Source: an uncultured Nitrospinota bacterium
GTDB taxonomy: Bacteria > Nitrospinota > Nitrospinia > Nitrospinales > JAJDAT01
DNA length: 64,000 bases
Assembly (NCBI GenBank): GCA_964344185.1
Contig: CAYFMN010000007.1
Coordinates: 36,954-100,953, forward strand
Reading direction: 5' to 3'
Below, in pieces: positions 37,604-45,252 of the stretch. Under the pieces are notes generated by a model that did not search any database, was not told the DNA's origin, and saw only the letters and a list, made by a program, of their open reading frames with translations. The position numbers and the translations under genes are program-made. Within the stretch, counting starts at the first letter, position 1, and each line of letters opens with the position of its first letter.

Positions 37604-37978
37604 ATGAAAATCGAATTTAAGTTTTCTAAAGAAAATGAAATAAAAAAACGCGAAGCTACCGATATTATTGCGGTTTGTTTTACAGGGAATTATGAAGCAA
37701 ACTACTGCGACATAAAAAAAACACATTTAGACCAAGGACTTATAGAAATAGGTTTTCATTATATAATTGAGTGGGATGGGAAAATTTTTATGGGGCGCCA
37801 TGCTAACCAAATGGGCAATTTGTCGCCGGAATTGGATTCAAGAACTCTCTATGTCTGTGTTATTGGAGAACAAGACGAGATGGAAATGGAACAAAGTATC
37901 TCTTACCAAATGCTCATGGAAAAACTGAGCAAAGATTTTCCTGAATGCCAGGAGATAAAATATTTTGATTTAAGTTAA
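37604..37978 (+). CDS. truncated, probably non-catalytic Amidase_2 (T7-lysozyme / PGRP-like) domain protein
   Basis: ATDIIAVCFTGN...IEIGFHYIIEWDGKIFMGRH...LYVCVIGE aligns by eye with T7 lysozyme STDAIFVHCSAT...DVGYHFIIKRDGTVEAGR...IGVCLVGG. The first Zn-ligand His is Cys/Phe here. The protein ends before the C-terminal His/Cys ligands. Confidence 0.5.
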   Translation: MKIEFKFSKENEIKKREATDIIAVCFTGNYEANYCDIKKTHLDQGLIEIGFHYIIEWDGKIFMGRHANQMGNLSPELDSRTLYVCVIGEQDEMEMEQSISYQMLMEKLSKDFPECQEIKYFDLS

Positions 37979-38020
37979 GGCTATTTTCAAAAAGACAACG
38001 GATCAAAAGCTAAAATAACT

Positions 38021-39838
38021 TTAAACCATTCCAACGGGACTTTGGTAAGATTCTCTGCGTTGGTCGGGTTTAACGTAAAGCTGGGTGAGATTATTGGTTT
38101 TAAACTTATCGATATAAAGGAAAATATATTCACGGACACAGGTTCTAAGGTCCCATTTAGGGTCGTGGTTTCGTTCAAATTCTTCGAATACTTCCAAAGC
38201 TTCGGAAATCCCTAAACCGCCTTCTGCGGTAAAATAGTAATCCAAAGCTAAATCCCATTCCGGATTTTTATAGAAATTTACTTTGTATTTTTCCGGTTCC
38301 ATAGCAACGGGACTGAATCGGCCCAACACAAATGTCATAAAACCAACCGAATGGATATTCTGTTTATTTTCTTCCAAAAACTTTTTGCTGTCGCCCGCTT
38401 CTTCTAAAGTCTCTCCAGGAAACCCAAAAAAGCCCATGCAATGGTTCCAAATTCCAAATTTAGCGGACATTCTTAAGTTTGTCCTTATGGCGTCCAAGTT
38501 TGTCGCTTTATCCATTAAATTTAAAACGCGTTCGTTGCCGGACTCATAACCAAAATGCAAATACCTACAACCCGATTCTGCCGCATCCCGCCAAACTTCA
38601 TCATCCAAAAGAGTTTCCTCAAACCTCATATGAGTGGTCCACGATATATTCAGTTTTTCTTCTATAAGTCTTTTGGATAATTTTCTAAATAGCGCTGGGG
38701 GATACGATTCGTCCGTAAAGTGGAAATGACGATTGCCATATTTTTCCTTTAAGAATCGGATTTCATCAATTGCCATTTCAATCTGCTTGGTTCGAAATCC
38801 TTCTACATAACCTTGGAAATGGTCACAAAAAGTGCATCGCCCCCAATAACAGCCACGGGTAGCCAAATAAGGCAGGATCAATTCTGGAATAAAATATTTA
38901 TCTAACGGCAAGCCATCAAAGTCTGGAGGCGGTAATTTTGCCATGTCTTCCGCGCATACTTTTTCATTTGCCTTAATAGTGTCTATACCTTCTCTATAAA
39001 TCAAATTTGGTAATGATGATAGATCTTTTTCGCCTTTTTCAATTGAGTTTACTAACTCTAGAAAAGCATTTTCCCCCTCATAGACAATGGCAGAGTCATA
39101 TAGTTTAAAAATTTCCTTATTTTTTACTAACTCATCTCTCAAACGAGTAACAATGTTACCGCCAATACAAATATGAATATCGGGAAATTGTTCTTTAATT
39201 AATTTACAAAAAGTAAATGTTGGGATCAGCTGCTTTTGTTGAACAATGGAAATACCAACAACGCCTGGCGTATTTGCTTTTAATTCCGGTTCGACCAAAA
39301 ATTTGTAAACGTCCCGATATACATTTATTTGATCATCATCTAAGGCTTCTAAAATTTCTGAAGACATAAACGGCTTATAGACGATATCGGTTTCAATCGG
39401 CGGGAAGCAAATTTGGGCTGGATAATATCCAAGCGATATCACCGCCATAACTTCATGAAGAGAGTTATTTGCCCATTCCAACTTATCGATATCGTAAAAA
39501 TCCTGACTCCTAAGAATAGCCTTAGCTTTTTCCGCTTTTTGAATTAACTCCTTAAAAAACTCTTCGGTGCAAATAGAAAGTTGGGCTTTTAATTCGCTTT
39601 CTTCTTCGTCCAGAGTTTGAACTTCTTCCAGCCTTTGTAAATGCCGGAGTTCAAAAGCAATACGCTTTTGAACATGACGCAAAAACATTTCCCCGAACAT
39701 CATGTCGTACATTTCGACATTGATGTCCATTTGAGTTACATCATGACCGGCGGGCCTTAATACGGAAGTCAAAGCCGGCAAACTCAAATAGGGTTCCGAT
39801 GGCAACCAATCTGGCGGAAATAAAAGCGTGACTTTCAT
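38021..39838 (-). CDS. B12-binding-domain radical SAM protein (paralogue B)
   Basis: N-terminal MKVTLLFPPDWLPSEPYLSLPAL..., GVVGISI..ICIGGN (Rossmann/B12-binding-like), then LATRGCYWGRCTFCDH and a radical-SAM core (FHFTDES, HFGYESGN). Confidence 0.75.
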   Translation of the reverse strand: MKVTLLFPPDWLPSEPYLSLPALTSVLRPAGHDVTQMDINVEMYDMMFGEMFLRHVQKRIAFELRHLQRLEEVQTLDEEESELKAQLSICTEEFFKELIQKAEKAKAILRSQDFYDIDKLEWANNSLHEVMAVISLGYYPAQICFPPIETDIVYKPFMSSEILEALDDDQINVYRDVYKFLVEPELKANTPGVVGISIVQQKQLIPTFTFCKLIKEQFPDIHICIGGNIVTRLRDELVKNKEIFKLYDSAIVYEGENAFLELVNSIEKGEKDLSSLPNLIYREGIDTIKANEKVCAEDMAKLPPPDFDGLPLDKYFIPELILPYLATRGCYWGRCTFCDHFQGYVEGFRTKQIEMAIDEIRFLKEKYGNRHFHFTDESYPPALFRKLSKRLIEEKLNISWTTHMRFEETLLDDEVWRDAAESGCRYLHFGYESGNERVLNLMDKATNLDAIRTNLRMSAKFGIWNHCMGFFGFPGETLEEAGDSKKFLEENKQNIHSVGFMTFVLGRFSPVAMEPEKYKVNFYKNPEWDLALDYYFTAEGGLGISEALEVFEEFERNHDPKWDLRTCVREYIFLYIDKFKTNNLTQLYVKPDQRRESYQSPVGMV

Positions 39839-39875
39839 GATTTATTCCTTGGTAAAAGGAGAACGTTTTGGCGAC

Positions 39876-41678
39876 TTATGCTTTGCACAATATTTTTTCG
39901 TCCTCTCCCAAACTTGGTTTATTGCCCGATAATGCGTCTTTACCATAACGATCAAGATACAGTAAAAAATGTTCTCTAGGCATTACTCCCCAGAGTTTAA
40001 TGCTCTCAAACGCTTCTTCGGCCATTTTTATACATTTATTATTCAATTCTATAGCCTCTTGCCGAGACATACCGACATTTATTTCAAAATCCAAATTCAT
40101 TGCTAAATCAGAGTCTGGATCATTTATGATCTTTGTAATGGAATATTTCTCCGGGTATTGGAAAACACTAGAATCTCGATTTAAGAGAAAAACTCCAGGA
40201 CCGAAGGAATGAATATTATCAATGTTATCTTTTAGAAAATTGATAGTATCCATAGCTTCTTCGCGCGTTTCCGTAGGGAAACCAAAAAACAAAAATGTAT
40301 GGTTCCAAATACCGGCTTCACTGCTCTTTCTTAACGAATCGCGTTCAATTTCCTGGTTGGCTCCTTTATCAATCAGAGATAGAACTCTATCGTTGGCGCT
40401 TTCCATACCGAACATCAGAAAAATGAAGCCAGCTTCTTTCATTTTTCGAAACAACTCTTCATCCATAACTTTTTCAAATTTTAATAAAGCTAATGCCTTT
40501 AGGTCAAACCCTTGCTCTAAAATCTCATCAGATACATCGTTTAGAGAATGGGGCGAAACCGCTTCATCTGAAAAAGTAAAATATTTAGTTTTATATTTTT
40601 CAGATAACATTTTCAGCTCGGAAACCATCTGCTTCGTTTTTTGTTTTCCATAACGATGTCCGTACACATAACTGTGCGTACAAAAAGTACATTTTCCCCA
40701 ATAACACCCCCTACTTTGCAATACTGGCAAAATAGGATACGGAGACAAATATTTCCCCATTGGCAACCCTTCAAAAGTTGGCGATGGTAATTCTTCAAAC
40801 CGGAGTTCAACGCGATCCTTATTAAATCGAACTAACCCATTATCTAAATAAATCAAATTTGGAGCCGTATCTAATGGGTCGTTATTTTTTAATCGAGTCA
40901 AAAGTTGATTTAGAGGTTCTTCGCCTTCAAAAGTAATTATTGAATGGCAAAAATCATCAAAAAATTCGGGTTGTTTTTCTAATTGTCCACCTGCGACGCT
41001 AAAAATAGGACCGCCTAATACGACATGAAGATGTGGATATTTTTGCTTTAACATTCGGGCAAGGGTTAACCCTGGAATTATTTGAGAAATTCCAATAATA
41101 GAAATTCCAACAACATCGTACTCTTCCCACTTTTCCGTCCCTAACAAGAATTTATCATATAACCAGATAAAGGGATTCGTTTCGTCGTCTTTAGCGGCAA
41201 TTCTAGCTCTTCTGGAGGATTCTTCAGCCCTCGTGCCGCTCTCAAAAGTAGACAAACTCAAAATAGAAGGGGCGTATGCATCTGACACCAGTTTTAAGGC
41301 AGATTTTATTACCATATCCGCCTGTTGGTAGATATCAAAGTTAAAAAACAAGTCAGGCGTTCGCATAACTTTTTTTGCTTCTTCTACCTGAGAAATGATC
41401 TGTCCTGAAAACTTTTTGCCCGTGGCCAAAACATCCATTAAAGATTTATCTTTAAATGAAAGCGACGGTTTAGCCCGAATTAAATCGATCTTTTTATCAA
41501 GACGACCAACCGCTTCGTCCAATACTGACTTTGACAGAAACAAGTCGTATGACTCGATATTAAAATCTCTTTGTTTTACTTCCCATCCTTTAGATCTTAA
41601 ATACGAAGTCAAATACGGCGTACTTAAGTACGGCTGAGATGGATACCATTGACAAGGAAATATTAAAAGCGTTTTCAT
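39876..41678 (-). CDS. B12-binding-domain radical SAM protein (paralogue A)
   Basis: MKTLLIFPCQWYPSQPYLSTPYL..., DVVGISI..VVLGGP, LQSRGCYWGKCTFCTH, FTFSDEA and MFGMESAN. It has the same architecture as the downstream gene, 37 nt away. Confidence 0.75.
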   Translation of the reverse strand: MKTLLIFPCQWYPSQPYLSTPYLTSYLRSKGWEVKQRDFNIESYDLFLSKSVLDEAVGRLDKKIDLIRAKPSLSFKDKSLMDVLATGKKFSGQIISQVEEAKKVMRTPDLFFNFDIYQQADMVIKSALKLVSDAYAPSILSLSTFESGTRAEESSRRARIAAKDDETNPFIWLYDKFLLGTEKWEEYDVVGISIIGISQIIPGLTLARMLKQKYPHLHVVLGGPIFSVAGGQLEKQPEFFDDFCHSIITFEGEEPLNQLLTRLKNNDPLDTAPNLIYLDNGLVRFNKDRVELRFEELPSPTFEGLPMGKYLSPYPILPVLQSRGCYWGKCTFCTHSYVYGHRYGKQKTKQMVSELKMLSEKYKTKYFTFSDEAVSPHSLNDVSDEILEQGFDLKALALLKFEKVMDEELFRKMKEAGFIFLMFGMESANDRVLSLIDKGANQEIERDSLRKSSEAGIWNHTFLFFGFPTETREEAMDTINFLKDNIDNIHSFGPGVFLLNRDSSVFQYPEKYSITKIINDPDSDLAMNLDFEINVGMSRQEAIELNNKCIKMAEEAFESIKLWGVMPREHFLLYLDRYGKDALSGNKPSLGEDEKILCKA

Positions 41679-41848
41679 GATGATTTATAATAGCATTTTT
41701 CAACCTATAACCCAAAATTGCAGCCCTCGAACCATGCCTAAAAAACCTTACTTTGAATAAATCGAATGAAGCAATCGCTTTTACTTTTTGTTTACAATCC
41801 CTATATCTAAATGGCTCAAAACATAATTTTAATAATAATTAAATTTCA

Positions 41849-41876
41849 ATTGACATCAAAAACCGTCGCCGTATAA
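41849..41876 (+). promoter_or_regulatory. sigma-70 promoter with perfect consensus hexamers (TTGACA-N16-TATAAT)
   Basis: TTGACA at 41849-41854, a 16-nt spacer and TATAAT at 41871-41876, 112 nt upstream of the NHL-repeat gene ATG. Confidence 0.6.
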
Positions 41877-41987
41877 TCAAAAACTTATCCAAATTTTATA
41901 TGATTTTGCGCATGTTACCTTTTAAATCAAAATGCGTACTGAGTAAGGAAAACAATATTAGTTAAGTCCATTTAGAAGAGGTCAATA

Positions 41988-44180
41988 ATGCCTTTCAATT
42001 TTCGCTCTTTTTATAAAAACGTCGCTTTAGCGACGTTTATTTTTTTTATAACAACTTCTGTTGTTAACGCTAAATCGTTAGATGAAACCGATGTTGCGAC
42101 CGATGTAGAAATTTCGTTAATCGACGGAATAGCCGTCGATCAAAGCGGCAACGTTTTTATTTCAACCCATGATCATCACTCAATTCTTAGAATTGATAAA
42201 AATGGAAAAATCAAACAAGTTATTGGAAAAGGGATATCTGGATTTTCTGGAGACGGAGGTCCGGCTTCTAAAGCAAGGTTAAATCAACCTGCAGGATTGG
42301 TCTTCGACAAAAAGGGAAACCTTTATATCGCAGATAGAAGCAATCACCGAGTTAGGAAAGTCGACACCAATGGAATTATAACCACCGTCGCAGGAAATGG
42401 GACGGCAGGTTTTAGCGGAGACGGTGGACCGGCAACGAAAGCAAGTTTTAATTTACCCGCAGGTTTGGCTTTCGACTCTAAAGGCAATTTGTATATTTCC
42501 GACAGATCAAACAACCGGGTTCGTATGGTTGATACCAATGGAATAATCAAAACAGTTGCAGGTAATGGAGGCGACCAATATAAGGGAGACAAAGGTCCTG
42601 CCATTAACGCTGAATTAAACAAACCCTTTGGATTAGCTATCGACAAAAATGACAATTTATATATCGCCGATAGGGGAAATAACAGAATCAGAAAAGTCGA
42701 TACTAACGGAATAATAACAACCCCAGCGGGCGACGGAGGATTTTATTTTATTGGAGATAACGGCCCCGCTTATCGCGCGAGTATTGCCGGTCCTACCGGG
42801 GTAGCTGTCGACTCTGAAGGAAACCTATTTATTGCTGATCGGAATAATAATCGAGTAAGAATGGTAGATACAAATGGTTTAATTCGTACCGTCGTTGGAA
42901 CAGGTCAACGAGATTACAACGGAGATAGTGAATTAGCGAGAGAGACAAATCTGCATTTTCCATTCGCCCTTACTTTGGACCCAAATGGTAAGCTGCTGGT
43001 TGTTGATCGGTCACATTATACTATTCGAAGAGTCGACCTCCAATCTGGTTCCGTAGAAACTATTGCGGGTAATGGTAAGAAAAAATTTAAGGGAGATGGC
43101 GGACCGGCAACGGGAGCTAGCCTATTTTTCCCCCATGGAATTGCCGTTGACTCAAAAGATAATGTAATTTTTTCAGATAAAGCTCATTTTAGAATTAGAA
43201 TGATAACCCCAGAGGGTATTATCGACACCATCGCCGGTAATGGAAAACGCGGCAATTTAGGAGACGGCGGTAACGCTTTGGATGCGGAACTTTATAGCGT
43301 AACGTCTCTTATTTTAAACGATGATGATGAAATATATTTTACGAATCCAAGCGGGTTTATGAGCCTGATTCGAAAAATTGACAAAAATAATATCGTCCAT
43401 TTGCTTCATACAACATCAGATAAAAAGTATCTTGAAGAAATAAAAAAATCGGGTGGATTTAGCAAATCGTCAAAATCAGATCTGGTAGCAATTAGTCAGT
43501 TTTCTGATATAGCGCTGGACAAACAAGAAAATTTAATTATTCCGGATCGTATTAACCATCAAATTCGTAAAGTTACACCCGATGGTAAATATACAACAAT
43601 TGCGGGGAATGGCGCGTCAGATTTTACCGGCGACGGTGGACCCGCGATTAAAGCGGCGTTTGCAGATCCTACCGCAGTAACTTTGGACAACGCAGGAAAC
43701 ATTTACGTGGCAGATTCGACCAATAATCGAATTAGAAAGATTGATACTAACGGAATTGTAACCACAATTGCGGGAAATGGAGAACATAAGGATACTGGAG
43801 ATGGAGGACCCGCTATCGAAGCGGGAATTCGATCTATGGTTGATTTAGCGTTTAGCCCTTCTGGCGAACTTTATATTGTTGAGGCTGGCACTCATCGAAT
43901 TCGAAAAATTAAAAAAGACGGCACAATTACCACAGTAGCCGGTAAAGGCTATCAAGGTTATTATGGCGACGGTGGACCAGGAGAAAAAGCGATGTTAAAA
44001 ACTCCTTCAGGAATTGCTTTTGACTCCAAAGGAAATGCTTATATTACAGACCTAGGAAATAACAGGATTCGAAAACTTGACACTAACGGTATTATCTCCA
44101 CTTTCGCTGGAACCGGCGGATCTTATGGCTGGGGCGAAGAAGGAGAAACTGTTGAAATTCTTTTCCACAAATTCCCATAG
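41988..44180 (+). CDS. secreted NHL-repeat beta-propeller protein (~12 blades)
   Basis: Signal peptide, then a ~56-aa unit recurring about 12 times: N(H/N)R(V/I)RK(V/I)DTNGII(T)T(V/I)AGNG..G(F/Y)SGDGGPA..A.L..P.G(L/I)A.D..GNLYI(A/S)D. Confidence 0.8.
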   Translation: MPFNFRSFYKNVALATFIFFITTSVVNAKSLDETDVATDVEISLIDGIAVDQSGNVFISTHDHHSILRIDKNGKIKQVIGKGISGFSGDGGPASKARLNQPAGLVFDKKGNLYIADRSNHRVRKVDTNGIITTVAGNGTAGFSGDGGPATKASFNLPAGLAFDSKGNLYISDRSNNRVRMVDTNGIIKTVAGNGGDQYKGDKGPAINAELNKPFGLAIDKNDNLYIADRGNNRIRKVDTNGIITTPAGDGGFYFIGDNGPAYRASIAGPTGVAVDSEGNLFIADRNNNRVRMVDTNGLIRTVVGTGQRDYNGDSELARETNLHFPFALTLDPNGKLLVVDRSHYTIRRVDLQSGSVETIAGNGKKKFKGDGGPATGASLFFPHGIAVDSKDNVIFSDKAHFRIRMITPEGIIDTIAGNGKRGNLGDGGNALDAELYSVTSLILNDDDEIYFTNPSGFMSLIRKIDKNNIVHLLHTTSDKKYLEEIKKSGGFSKSSKSDLVAISQFSDIALDKQENLIIPDRINHQIRKVTPDGKYTTIAGNGASDFTGDGGPAIKAAFADPTAVTLDNAGNIYVADSTNNRIRKIDTNGIVTTIAGNGEHKDTGDGGPAIEAGIRSMVDLAFSPSGELYIVEAGTHRIRKIKKDGTITTVAGKGYQGYYGDGGPGEKAMLKTPSGIAFDSKGNAYITDLGNNRIRKLDTNGIISTFAGTGGSYGWGEEGETVEILFHKFP

Positions 44181-44254
44181 ATTGATTTAATAGGGAAATT
44201 TAAACAAAGCGAAATAACTTTCGCCCATAAGAATTAATTATGGAGGTTGACCCA

Positions 44255-44758
44255 ATGAAAAAGCTTCTCGTCCTTTTGGCGGTGGTCCTGTTCTCTGGAA
44301 CAATGGCCTTAACACCCGCTAATGCAGCTGACACGGACGTTTTTATTAATATCCTAAAGAGCATGGATAAAACAATTTGTACCAGTCCTAAAAAGCTCCT
44401 TCCTTTTTATAAAAAGGATGCGGTACTAATGTCGGATGAAACACGCATAAATCTACTAGAACAAATTGAAGATTTTGAAAGAATGATAGCCGAGTTTGAA
44501 GAAATGAAATGCACCACAACTCGAACAACTCTTGGCGGTAAAGTAGGAGATAAAATAGGCTACTTATTTGTAGACGAGATAGTAAATGTCTCGTCTCGTT
44601 TAAGCACAGATGACAGACAGCACAGTTTTTGCAATTACGTCTTCGAAAAAGAAGGGAGTAGCTGGAGGGTAGCTTTACAACAATGCGCCAGTTTGCCTGA
44701 TTACACTATTACTCCTAACGACGACGCTTTGTATTATTTTCATAACCCCGTTTACTAG
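44255..44758 (+). CDS. secreted hypothetical protein (possibly NTF2/SnoaL-like fold)
   Basis: The ATG at 44255 has a GGAGG 8 nt upstream. Signal peptide KKLLVLLAVVLFSGTMALTPANA. The fold guess is weak. Confidence 0.4.
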   Translation: MKKLLVLLAVVLFSGTMALTPANAADTDVFINILKSMDKTICTSPKKLLPFYKKDAVLMSDETRINLLEQIEDFERMIAEFEEMKCTTTRTTLGGKVGDKIGYLFVDEIVNVSSRLSTDDRQHSFCNYVFEKEGSSWRVALQQCASLPDYTITPNDDALYYFHNPVY

Positions 44759-44790
44759 ATTGATCCCAATTTACGGGGCGTCTTAATCAT

Positions 44791-45111
44791 TTGAAAAAGG
44801 GCGTTCTTTTGGGCGAAAAGATCTACTTAAAAATTGATCGTGATATAGAGGAGTTAGTCCCTGGCTACTTAAAGAATCGACGTATGGATATTGATAAAAT
44901 ATCCAAGGCTGTCGATCAAGAAGATTTTGATACTGTTCGAGTTTTAGGCCATGCAATGAAAGGGAATGGCAAGTCTTACGGATTTGAAGAAATTTCAAAT
45001 ATTGGATTGACCATCGAAAACTCAGGGATCCAAAAACAGCCAGAAATCATTCGCGATTCATTAGAAAAACTTCTGGATTATTTGGATCGCCTTCACATCA
45101 CTTATGAATGA
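44791..45111 (+). CDS. stand-alone histidine phosphotransfer (Hpt) domain protein
   Basis: LVPGYLKNRRMDIDKISKAVDQEDFDTVRVLGHAMKGNGKSYGFEEIS contains the Hpt signature H-x-x-K-G. 106 aa, TTG start. Confidence 0.65.
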   Translation: MKKGVLLGEKIYLKIDRDIEELVPGYLKNRRMDIDKISKAVDQEDFDTVRVLGHAMKGNGKSYGFEEISNIGLTIENSGIQKQPEIIRDSLEKLLDYLDRLHITYE

Positions 45112-45252
45112 TTGGAATAGCGCAATATATTGAGAATATTGAAGCTATTCTTGTTTTCTAAAGTTGTAAAAGTTTTCAGAACCGCTATTAACTTCCAAAC
45201 AACTAAAGTTTTGGTCAAGCGGTTTTGAAACTTAAACCCGTCAGAACTTTCT

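Noticed and set aside
41679-41987. A search for a RiPP precursor peptide or a riboswitch in the 309-bp region upstream of the radical-SAM pair.
   Set aside because: Minus-strand ATGs give only 4-14-codon ORFs without an SD (for example MVRGLQFWVIG and MDLTNIVFLTQYAF). No B12 box (CAGTGGC on this strand) or other aptamer core was seen.
27504-44180. Periodic DNA repeats that could be mistaken for CRISPR or tandem-repeat arrays. These are the 102-nt TPR period (27.5-29.7 kb), the 15-nt pentapeptide period (35.7-36.9 kb) and the ~168-nt NHL period (42.1-44.1 kb). The 75-nt period at 9.45-10.1 kb is the same kind of case.
   Set aside because: All are in-frame protein repeats inside long ORFs, and the copies are degenerate at synonymous sites. 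There is no repeat-spacer structure and there are no cas genes.
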